Shown: positions 18,463 to 27,245 of the stretch, in pieces
Layout of the letters: every line of letters starts with the position of its first letter
Position numbering within the stretch: position 1 is the first letter of the stretch
Assembly: GCF_001870905.1 (NCBI RefSeq)
Contig: NZ_LNDC01000104.1
Location: forward strand, 5,157-37,156
Origin: Geitlerinema sp. PCC 9228
GTDB lineage: Bacteria > Cyanobacteriota > Cyanobacteriia > Cyanobacteriales > PCC-9228
Length of the DNA: 32,000 nt
Reading direction: 5' to 3'
Program-made: the position numbers and the translations under genes
Notes under the pieces: generated by a model
Database searches by the model: none
Told to the model about the DNA's origin: nothing
Seen by the model: only the letters and a program-made list of their open reading frames with translations

Positions 18463-19374
18463 ATGAAACTCGATTTGAACTATGTAACCACTCGCTGGCA
18501 CTATCTCCAACAGCATCCTGCATTTAAAAAATCTCCCGTACAAGCAACATTTCGCATTCTGTACTGGGGAGTTCATTGTGCTTTGGGCATTCCTGCCACC
18601 ATTCAACTACCGAGATGGAATTGTAAATTTTTCTTGCCTCCCAAATTTCGACGTGCAGGTTCTACAGGAATTTTCATTACCCGCGAAGATTACGAACCAG
18701 AACTTGCTTATCTGGAAAACGTACTGTCTCCTGGTGATGTTTTTGTGGATGGTGGGGCCAATTTTGGCATCTATACCGTTGTGGCTGCTAGTTTGGTTGG
18801 TTCCTCAGGGCGGGTTCTGTCATTTGAACCCGGTGAAGCATCATTTGCTATTTTACAGAAAAATATTGACATCAATCAGTTTGATAATGTTACTGCTTTT
18901 CAAGCGGGATTGTCCGATCGCGAAGGAACGGCTCGATTTTACCATGTTGAAAATGCGCCCAATAGCTATTCTTTGGGCTCAGAAGCTGTGCCAAGCGGGG
19001 ATTTTGAAGAAATTATTACGACCACCCTCAATCGCGTTTTGGAAACGGAAGGGATCGATCGCTTGGATGTGGTGAAACTGGATGTGGAAGGAGCGGAGGA
19101 AATGGTGTTGCGGGGATCGCAAGCGACGTTGGAACGCCATCGACCCATGATTTTGTTTGAAATTAGCAAAAGTGCCACCCGGCGTTTGGGATTGAGTCAA
19201 GATGGCGCGTGGCAGTTTCTCGAACAATTGGGCTATCGCTTTTTTGCGCTTGACGAAAATCAGCAGCCAGTGGTGTTGGCAACTCCCAAGTTGGGCAATC
19301 ATATTGCTATTCACAAGGATAATCTCGACCCGCAAATGGCTGGAGCGAGCGCGCACGACCGAGATGCTAGCTAG
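18463..19374 (+). CDS. FkbM family SAM-dependent methyltransferase
   Basis: FVDGGANFGIYTVVAASLVGSSGRVLSFEPGEASFAILQKNI ... IDRLDVVKLDVEGAEEMVLRGSQATLERHRPMILFEI. Confidence 0.88.
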   Translation: MKLDLNYVTTRWHYLQQHPAFKKSPVQATFRILYWGVHCALGIPATIQLPRWNCKFFLPPKFRRAGSTGIFITREDYEPELAYLENVLSPGDVFVDGGANFGIYTVVAASLVGSSGRVLSFEPGEASFAILQKNIDINQFDNVTAFQAGLSDREGTARFYHVENAPNSYSLGSEAVPSGDFEEIITTTLNRVLETEGIDRLDVVKLDVEGAEEMVLRGSQATLERHRPMILFEISKSATRRLGLSQDGAWQFLEQLGYRFFALDENQQPVVLATPKLGNHIAIHKDNLDPQMAGASAHDRDAS

Positions 19375-19828
19375 GGGCATGGGTAGTTTTGGAAAAATCA
19401 CTGGCATTGCTGGTGATTCTTCCAGAATATTCCTTAATTTCAGCATATTAAAATAAAAAAAGCCAAAATAGGGCAGATTCTGTCAATTTTGAAACCATAC
19501 ACTGGTAGAACTGGCAGCTTCAATGGAAAACCGGCGATCGCTTCATATGCCGTGAACAATTATTCGGTCAGCTAAAACCAGCAATGACAAGCTGACCCAA
19601 CTTGCCAGTGGATTTTACGGATAAATTCACAAAAAGTCGTATTTTTTTATATTTTTTAATTTTTTTGATTTTGGCGAGCGATCGCCCTTGCGTACGATTA
19701 GACATCTCCAAAGCTCTGTTAGAAGTCAAAACGTTCGCATCAAAAAAAATCGATGAGCAGCGATGAATGTCTGTACCGGGGAATTTTGAACGAAAATTAA
19801 ACCAAAGTGAAACAAAAGTTAAACTTTT

Positions 19829-20212
19829 ATGAAATCAAAATATATGCCCGTAGATAAGATACAAAAGCAATCTAGCAATAAAAAGTTATCTCCAGACTAC
19901 TTAAATGCTAAAATAGGTCTTGATAGGGGACTAGAAAGCAACAGTTATTCCATGGCGAACAACCATCCAAACCGTACGAACAGCCAACTTAATCGAATTG
20001 TTGTACAAGTATCCGATGCCGATCTTAGACTGCTCACCATGCTTTCTAAAATTCACGGCCGCCCAGTACCCACCATTGCCGCTCAAATTCTGATGCGAGA
20101 ACTTGACAAAAGCCAAGAAACCATTAGAGGAAGAGTAGAAGCCTATGCCGCCAGTTGCAATATGACGGCTAAAGAGTTGGAAGATGCTTGGATGAATGAA
20201 AGTAGAAGCTAG
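19829..20212 (+). CDS. Small protein with ribbon-helix-helix-like segment
   Basis: IVVQVSDADLRLLTMLSKIHGRPVPTIAAQILMRELD resembles RHH/CopG-like beta-helix-helix pattern; family not confirmed. Confidence 0.5.
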   Translation: MKSKYMPVDKIQKQSSNKKLSPDYLNAKIGLDRGLESNSYSMANNHPNRTNSQLNRIVVQVSDADLRLLTMLSKIHGRPVPTIAAQILMRELDKSQETIRGRVEAYAASCNMTAKELEDAWMNESRS

Positions 20213-20288
20213 AGCGAGAACAACGCTCGGATAAGCCAAATCACGCTCCATGTCCATTCCATCAACAACGATATATCTCTTTCAAGTC

Positions 20289-20326
20289 CGCTCTATAAGC
20301 TTTTGCAAAAATCATAGAGCGCCCTT
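20289..20326 (+). terminator. Possible terminator downstream of RHH-like gene
   Basis: Perfect 8-bp stem CGCTCTAT (20289-20296) / ATAGAGCG (20314-20321), followed by CCCTTTT. Confidence 0.4.
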
Positions 20327-20422
20327 TTGGTATGCTTGTTTGTCAAAACTACAATGGTTATAGAGCTAGCAACTAGGCAGGCAGGGAACCCGATGATTGC
20401 ACGAATCGAGGAACTTGCCTGT

Positions 20423-23400
20423 CTAGCGCTCTCTCGGGAAACTAATGGAACCGCGACCAATGAGATCGCTGGCTAGGGGGGCTGAAACTGCTTTGGAAAA
20501 TAAATAGCCTTGCCCCAACAAACATCCCCACTGCTGCAATAGCGATCGCTGTTGGTGGGTTTCAATGCCTTCGGAGACGACGGCAACTCCCAAACTATTC
20601 GCCAAACTGAGAATCGACTGGGCGATCGCCCTGCCGGTCGCATCTTCTAACAAGTGGGAAATAAAAGTACGGTCAATTTTGATGGCGTTCAGGGGAAGCT
20701 CGTGCAACCGACTTAAAGACGAATATCCCGTACCAAAGTCGTCGTCGATGGAAATTCGCACGCCCAGAGATTGTAGATCTCGAAATACAGTTAAATTGTC
20801 AGCTTGTAAAAACCCTGTCTCCGTTACTTCCAAACCCAAGCACCGAGGAGATATCTGGTAAGAATTGAGTACCTCCTTTATTTTATCAGCCAATCCAGTT
20901 TCTCGCAACTGCAAAGGCGAAAGATTGACATTTAACACCAAAGATGCTGCTTGGGGAAATTGTTTTTGCCAGCAAAAGAGCTGGTAGCAAGCTTCTTGCA
21001 AGACCCATGCGCCAATTTCGTGGATGCTGCCCGTTTCTTCGGCTAGGGGAATAAACTCCGCCGGCGAAATCCAATCCCGTTGGGGATGGTACCAGCGCAA
21101 CAAGGCTTCAAACCCGTACAGGGAACCGGTATCCAAATGAACGATCGGTTGGTAGTACAGGCGAAATTCGCCACGGCTGGCAGCTCCCTTAATATCCTGC
21201 TCTAAATTAAACAAAGATAGGGTACGCTCGCGAATGCGCGGGTGGAAAAAGATGTAGCCACCCCCTTGAGATTTGGCTTCGTACATGGCGGCGTCGGCAT
21301 CGCGGAGCAAATCCGCTGGTTTTTGATAATCCGAAGTTCCCAACGTAATACCTATGCTGGCGCTAATGCAATATTGATGCCCTTGCAGTTGAAAAGGTTG
21401 CTGCAAAATGGTGAGAATCCATTCCGCCAAATCGGCTACTTCTTCTAGTTGGATATCCCGCAGTAAAATGGCAAATTCATCGCCGCCAAAACGTGCTACC
21501 ATATCGCGATCGCGTACCACCATTTGCAGGCGTTGCCCCACCAATTTTAACAGCACATCTCCCACCAAATGTCCCAAACTGTCGTTAATTCCTTTAAACC
21601 GATCCAGGTCGATAAAGAAAATAGCATAGTTTTGCGTACTATCTTGCTCGTCAATAATTTGCTGTAGCTGGTGGTTAAAACAATCGCGGTTGGGCAAACC
21701 CGTAAGGCTATCGTGGGAAGCTTGATATTGCAGTTTTTCTTCAGCGTGTTTGCGAGCGGAAATATCTTCAATAATTCCTTCAAAATACAGAAATTCCCTA
21801 GTTTCGGAATGATATACAGCGCGCTGGCTTTCACAAATCCAAATAATGCTGCCGTCTTGGCGGTATACCTGCGATTCCAAGTTGCGTACCTCTCCCTGTT
21901 CCAGGGTCAAGCGGGTAATTTCCCGGCGGCGGTTGGGGTCTACATAAATTTGCGTGGCAATGTTGTTAATGCTGTCGATGAGCTGTTCCGGCGTATCATA
22001 TCCGTACAAACGTGCCAGAAAAGGATTGGCGCTGAGGTACTTGCCTTCTAAGGAGGTTTGGAAAATCCCCTGGCTGATATTTTCAAAAATATTGCGGTAT
22101 TTGCGCTCGCTGCGGTGCAAGGCTTGGCGGGAACGCTGTTTTTCTTCAGCAATGGCAATGGCACTGGCAGCAAAACGGAGTAAGTTAATTTCCTGGGGTT
22201 GCCACTTTCGCTGGCGCATACATTCGTCGAACCCCAGCATGCCAAAAAACTCCCCGTCTACGATGAGGGGAATGCACACCAGAGAAATAATATTTTGTAC
22301 CCTCATAATTTGTTGCTCTTCTGGTGGCAGTTCGCTGGCATGAGAGGCGAGAACTTCTCCAGATAGAAATTTGCTGGCTGCGTAAGGATATCGCGTTTCT
22401 ATTGGGATGTCTTGCAAAGCGGGGTTGTCAATTTGGGGGTGGATACCGCTGGCACACCATTCTGCTTGTTGGCTTAACAACCACTCGCCATTTTCGCCAC
22501 GATGGGCGCGGAAAAAGTAAGTACGACTGGCGTTGGTGGCTTTGCCAAGAATTTCTAACACTTGTTGGTAAAGGGAGAGGGTAAGCTTTTTGCTCGTGAT
22601 GAGTCGGTTTTGTACTTTCACAACGGCACTCAAATAGCGATCGCGCATTTCTAAAGCTTGGGTGGCGGCTTTGCGCGTGGTGATGTCGGTATCCGAACCA
22701 ATCACGCGATCGGGGTGACCTTGCCCATCTCGGAGAAGTTTCCCCCTAGCCAGAATCCAACGCACGCTGCCGTCACGGTGGTACATGCGATGTTCCACTT
22801 CAAATGTAGAGGTTTCGCCAGCCAGATGTCGCTCGAAGGCCTGCTGTACTACCTCTAGATCCTCAGGATGAACCAGTTGAATCCAACTATCCATATGGTT
22901 GGGAATTTCAGTGTCTTGGTATCCCAACATTTGTTTTAAGTTGGGGGCAATGTAGATTTCGTTGGTATTTAAATTCCAATCCCACACCCCCACTTGAGCG
23001 CCGGCGGCGGCTAGCATGTACCGCTGTTCGCTGGCTTGCAGGGCGGCTTCCGTACGCTTGCGATCGCTAATATCCCGACAAACAAAAATCAAATCCCCAC
23101 AGGGCATGCGGGTAATGGAAAGTTCTTCGGTGAAGGTGGTACCATCCCGCCGTTTGGCAGTAATTTCGCCACGCCAGCATCCTTTTTCCGCCACGGTGGG
23201 GAATATATATTGCTGAAACCGCTCGATTTCTGTTTCGTCGTATAGCTGCTGCCAGGAACTCCCCAGCAAGTCTTCGGGGCTGTTATACCCAAACAAACTA
23301 GCATGAGCTTGGTTGACGTAGCAATACTTGCTGTTGCGCAAGACCGCCATACCGTCTACGGCAGCTTCTACCACCATGGCTTGGCGGCGTACTTCGTGGC

Positions 23401-24385
23401 GTACTGTACTTTGTTCGATGGCGATGCCGGCGAGTTTGGTGGCAGCTTCGGTCATACGCAGTTCCCAACTAGTGGGCGATCGCGGGATGTCGGCGTAGGT
23501 GCAAAATGTCCCCAACACTTCGCCGTTTTCGGCAAAAATGGGAAACGACCAAGCGGCGCGCAAACCGTAACTCAAGGCAAGGTCGCGAAAATCTTCCCAT
23601 AAGGGGTCGCTGGCAATGTCGCTGACAATAACGGGTTGGCGGCGATATACGGCGGTACCGCAACAACCTGCTTTGCTGCCAATGGTTACGCCGTCGATGG
23701 CGGCGCGGTAGCTTTCATCGATATTGGGGGCGATGTTGTTGGTTAGGCACTGGTGCTTTCGATCGAATCGTAAAATAGAATTGCGACAGCCGGGCATCAG
23801 CCGGTCCGTGCGTTCCACTAGTAAAATCAGGATATCTCGAATGGGTTGGTTGGTAGCGATCGCGGCTAAAACTTCGATCTGGTAAGCGAGAAACTGTTCC
23901 TCCCACTGGCGCGTGGTTGGTGGGGCCATTTGCCATTTGTCATGGAGAAAAACATCTTGCCCTTGGGGGGTTGCTTCTACCAACACAACCAAACAATCCT
24001 GCCACTGGTACAAACCCGAGCTCATACCCTGAAATTGGATGCTACTGCTGTTGGTTTTGAGTTGCCACTGAGTGGGATGGCTTTCTCCAGCCAAGAGGTG
24101 GTTGAGCTGGTCTGCTTGAAAACTGCTGCTGGTTTGTATCGTTGCTGTTCGATCGCTATGGTGGTTTCTATTGGCAAAATCTACTAAAGAAGAAATGCCC
24201 CACCATTGCAACGCTGCCTTATTCGCCCAAATTACTTGCTGACATTCAATATCGTATATCCAAATGGGCGATCGCAAGCGATTAAAAGCTTGTAAGTCGC
24301 TTTCGTATAAGGGTTTTATATGGTTGTGGTACAATTTAAGGTGAATTGGCTGAGTTTTTTTGCCACAGCTGTTAGCGCTGCTCAT
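20423..24385 (-). CDS. Multi-PAS/GAF diguanylate cyclase/phosphodiesterase (GGDEF-EAL)
   Basis: RDRDMVARFGGDEF (I-site and GGDEF), GFEALLRWYHP (EAL), DDFGTGYSSLSRL; several PAS/PAC and GAF regions upstream. Confidence 0.95.
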   Translation of the reverse strand: MSSANSCGKKTQPIHLKLYHNHIKPLYESDLQAFNRLRSPIWIYDIECQQVIWANKAALQWWGISSLVDFANRNHHSDRTATIQTSSSFQADQLNHLLAGESHPTQWQLKTNSSSIQFQGMSSGLYQWQDCLVVLVEATPQGQDVFLHDKWQMAPPTTRQWEEQFLAYQIEVLAAIATNQPIRDILILLVERTDRLMPGCRNSILRFDRKHQCLTNNIAPNIDESYRAAIDGVTIGSKAGCCGTAVYRRQPVIVSDIASDPLWEDFRDLALSYGLRAAWSFPIFAENGEVLGTFCTYADIPRSPTSWELRMTEAATKLAGIAIEQSTVRHEVRRQAMVVEAAVDGMAVLRNSKYCYVNQAHASLFGYNSPEDLLGSSWQQLYDETEIERFQQYIFPTVAEKGCWRGEITAKRRDGTTFTEELSITRMPCGDLIFVCRDISDRKRTEAALQASEQRYMLAAAGAQVGVWDWNLNTNEIYIAPNLKQMLGYQDTEIPNHMDSWIQLVHPEDLEVVQQAFERHLAGETSTFEVEHRMYHRDGSVRWILARGKLLRDGQGHPDRVIGSDTDITTRKAATQALEMRDRYLSAVVKVQNRLITSKKLTLSLYQQVLEILGKATNASRTYFFRAHRGENGEWLLSQQAEWCASGIHPQIDNPALQDIPIETRYPYAASKFLSGEVLASHASELPPEEQQIMRVQNIISLVCIPLIVDGEFFGMLGFDECMRQRKWQPQEINLLRFAASAIAIAEEKQRSRQALHRSERKYRNIFENISQGIFQTSLEGKYLSANPFLARLYGYDTPEQLIDSINNIATQIYVDPNRRREITRLTLEQGEVRNLESQVYRQDGSIIWICESQRAVYHSETREFLYFEGIIEDISARKHAEEKLQYQASHDSLTGLPNRDCFNHQLQQIIDEQDSTQNYAIFFIDLDRFKGINDSLGHLVGDVLLKLVGQRLQMVVRDRDMVARFGGDEFAILLRDIQLEEVADLAEWILTILQQPFQLQGHQYCISASIGITLGTSDYQKPADLLRDADAAMYEAKSQGGGYIFFHPRIRERTLSLFNLEQDIKGAASRGEFRLYYQPIVHLDTGSLYGFEALLRWYHPQRDWISPAEFIPLAEETGSIHEIGAWVLQEACYQLFCWQKQFPQAASLVLNVNLSPLQLRETGLADKIKEVLNSYQISPRCLGLEVTETGFLQADNLTVFRDLQSLGVRISIDDDFGTGYSSLSRLHELPLNAIKIDRTFISHLLEDATGRAIAQSILSLANSLGVAVVSEGIETHQQRSLLQQWGCLLGQGYLFSKAVSAPLASDLIGRGSISFPRER

Positions 24386-24756
24386 TACCCTCTATCCTCA
24401 AAGAGTGGGAATTTAAGCTATACGGATATGTGATGGCGTTGGATATTTTCCCTAGTCTAACGAAAATTCATTAGAAATGGGTTGGTTTGGAATTTCGTTT
24501 TCGATAGTAATGCAATCAAAATACTATGTCCATAAATTCTCTATAGAACTTCTGTTTAAGAGATAGCGACATGTTAAGTTATATCAACTATCTATACCAA
24601 TATTCCCCAAAAATGGCGATCGCTATCAGATCGACTTAAGTGATTTCCCAGAAATTTTTTTTCCATCAAATCCCTAGGTAGGGGATATTACGGCAATATC
24701 GGGTTGTAACAATAATTTATAGTAAGACTGTTCCACGATTGTCAACTTAAAAAATA

Positions 24757-24788
24757 AGTAGGTACGAAACGCCATTCGCACCTACTTG
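24757..24788 (-). terminator. Intrinsic terminator of hom
   Basis: aagtaggtacgaa (24757-24769) / ttcgcacctactt (24776-24788), 12 of 13 pairs; on the minus strand followed by ATTTTTT. Confidence 0.7.
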
Positions 24789-24838
24789 CTAGTTGGCCCG
24801 AGTAATGGCCTGTTTTTGTCCAGTTGCTCTGACAGCGG

Positions 24839-26197
24839 TTAAAGCACCCGCAAAACACTAGGGATGCTATCGATGGGGTCAGTTTCTACCAGCTCTGCCA
24901 GTGCCTGGCGAAAATCCCCTTCGCGTACATCGTGGGTAATTACTACTATTTCCGCGATTTCTCCTTTGCGATCGATTTGCACCACCGATTCCAAACTAAC
25001 GCCGAATTTGCCAAAGCAAGTTCCCACTTTGCCAATGACGCCAGGGCGATCGGGGCTCAGTACCCGTGCGTAGAATCGCGTAACCAAATCTTCCATGGGT
25101 ACAATTTGGCAGGCGTGTTGGTGTTGGCAGCTCAGCAAAGGATGGGGAACGTCTACTTTGGTTCTTGGCTGTTGGTCGGGAAACTGTTGGGAGAGGGTTT
25201 GTGCTTCTAGTTCTTCTACTTTCAAGGTAGCGGCGATGTTGAGAATGTCGGCCGTTACCGCACTGGCGGTGGCACCCGCTCCTGCTCCCGGACCGGAAAA
25301 GACCACCTGTCCTAGGGGATCTCCTTCCACGACAATGGCATTGTTGACGCCATTGACGCTGGCGAGGGGATGGTCTTTGGGAACCAGGGTGGGATGAACT
25401 CGCACTTGCAAGCGATCGCGTTGGTAAGTGTCTTGGGTGGGGTCGGGTTTGGCAATGGCTAGCAGTTTCACGGCAAACCCCAAGCGATCGGCGTAGGAAA
25501 TATCCGTGGCATTAATCTGGCGAATGCCTTCCCGATGCACTGCTTCCAGGTCAATTTCGCCGCTGTAGGCAAGGGAGGCCAAAATGGCAATTTTATCGGC
25601 GGCGTCGTACCCATCTACGTCGGCAGTGGGGTCGGCTTCTGCGTATCCCAACGCCTGTGCTTGCGCCAAGACTCCCTCAAAACCGGCTCCTTCGGTTTGC
25701 ATGCGGCTGAGGATGTAGTTGGTGGTGCCGTTGACAATACCGGTGATGGATTGAATGCGGTTGACCACCAGGGATTGGGTTAGCGGTGCGATCGCGGGAA
25801 TACCACCAGCAACGGCAGCTTCCAACAATACGTAAACGCCGGCTTCGTTGGCGGCTTGAAAGATTTCGTTGCCGTAGCGGGAAATCACGGCTTTGTTGGC
25901 GGTGACCACATGTTTGCGGTGTTCGATCGCTTTTAAAATCAGCGATCGCGCTGGTTCCAGACCGCCCAACAGTTCTACGACAATTTCGATATCGGGGTCG
26001 GTGACAATTTCGGTTAAATCGGTTTGCAACACCCCTGCCGGTAGCTGTACCTCGCGGGGTTTGTCTAACGAGTTGACCCCTACCCGATGCAGTTTTAATT
26101 CCTGCAGCAGGGGATGTCGTCCTTGCGGGTCCAGCAAAATTTTTGCCGTTCCCGTACCGACCGTTCCTAATCCCAGCAACCCAATTTTAAAAGCCAC
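24839..26197 (-). CDS. hom: Homoserine dehydrogenase with C-terminal ACT domain
   Basis: KIGLLGLGTVGTGTAKIL, VVTANKAV, AAVAGGIPAI, NGTTNYILSRM, GYAEADPTADVDGYDAADKIAILA; ACT region YARVLSPDRPGVIGKVGTCFGKFGVSLESVVQ. Confidence 0.96.
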   Translation of the reverse strand: MAFKIGLLGLGTVGTGTAKILLDPQGRHPLLQELKLHRVGVNSLDKPREVQLPAGVLQTDLTEIVTDPDIEIVVELLGGLEPARSLILKAIEHRKHVVTANKAVISRYGNEIFQAANEAGVYVLLEAAVAGGIPAIAPLTQSLVVNRIQSITGIVNGTTNYILSRMQTEGAGFEGVLAQAQALGYAEADPTADVDGYDAADKIAILASLAYSGEIDLEAVHREGIRQINATDISYADRLGFAVKLLAIAKPDPTQDTYQRDRLQVRVHPTLVPKDHPLASVNGVNNAIVVEGDPLGQVVFSGPGAGAGATASAVTADILNIAATLKVEELEAQTLSQQFPDQQPRTKVDVPHPLLSCQHQHACQIVPMEDLVTRFYARVLSPDRPGVIGKVGTCFGKFGVSLESVVQIDRKGEIAEIVVITHDVREGDFRQALAELVETDPIDSIPSVLRVL

Positions 26198-26433
26198 AAT
26201 AGATTCCTTATGTATTCGGAGTTTTCAGCTACCGCTTCATTATATGGGAGCTTCCAGCCAACAGAAAACCGGCAGAAGGAATTGAGTGGACGGAGGCTGT
26301 ATCGCCAAACCACCGAGCTGGAATCGATCGAAATGGTTTTTCAAAATAGCGATCGCTTTCAATCCCCCAAACTACTTGGAAAGGGGGCTTTAGATATCTA
26401 GAATTTTACCAGATATTTCTCTTGCCATTCTTC

Positions 26434-27150
26434 CTAACGCGATTGTTGTGCCAAAAAGGCTTCTTGGGCAGCTGCTTGTTCGGCGGCTTTGATGGAACGT
26501 CCCTGACCTTTGCCCAAACAGTGACCGTGCAGCCAAACTTCGGCGGTAAACCGATTGGGGTCGCCGTGAATGGGACGACTTTCTTGGATACGGTATTCTG
26601 GCAGGGCTTTGTAGTGAGCTTGGGTCCATTCTTGCAGGGCAGCTTTGTAATTCTTGCGAGCTGGATCGGCGCGGATTTCTTTGGTAAGTCGCATGAGATG
26701 GTCGTCCAGCCAAGGTCGGATGAGTTTTAGAGTACGTTTGCTTAAGTACAAAGAAGCTAAAACAGCTTCCATGGCATCGGCCATGCGGCGGGTATAACCG
26801 GTTTTATCGCCGACGGCACTGGATGAAACCAGCAAGTAGCGATCGAAACTGTAGTTTTCGGCAATTTTGGCTAAGGTGCGATCGCTGACCAATTCGGAAC
26901 GCAAGGAGGAAAATTCCCCCACCGGTGCTTCGGGATAGTTTTCCCACAGGAATTCGGCTACAACCATGCGCACCACCGCGTCGCCGACGAATTCCAACCG
27001 GTCGTAGTTGGCTTCGGCGTCGAAGGAGGGGTGGGTCAAGGCCAAGTCTAGCAACGACCAATCCACCTCGGTATCCCGTGGCAATCCCAGTCGTTGCAGG
27101 AGTTTTTGCAATTGGCGTTGTCGTTGTGGAGGCAGGCTACTATCGAACAT
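26434..27150 (-). CDS. rnc: Ribonuclease III
   Basis: YDRLEFVGDAVVRMVVAEFLWENYPEAPVGEFSSLRSELVSDRTLA, ADAMEAVLASLYL, C-terminal dsRBD-like NYKAALQEWTQAHYKALPEYR...GKGQGRSIKAAEQAAAQEAFL. Confidence 0.93.
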   Translation of the reverse strand: MFDSSLPPQRQRQLQKLLQRLGLPRDTEVDWSLLDLALTHPSFDAEANYDRLEFVGDAVVRMVVAEFLWENYPEAPVGEFSSLRSELVSDRTLAKIAENYSFDRYLLVSSSAVGDKTGYTRRMADAMEAVLASLYLSKRTLKLIRPWLDDHLMRLTKEIRADPARKNYKAALQEWTQAHYKALPEYRIQESRPIHGDPNRFTAEVWLHGHCLGKGQGRSIKAAEQAAAQEAFLAQQSR

Positions 27151-27245
27151 CTAGTTTGGCGATGAATATGAACTTCTCAATGGCACAGAGAATCAATTTC
27201 TTTATTGCTATATAGAGATATAAGTATTTGTACTCTCTATTTTCT

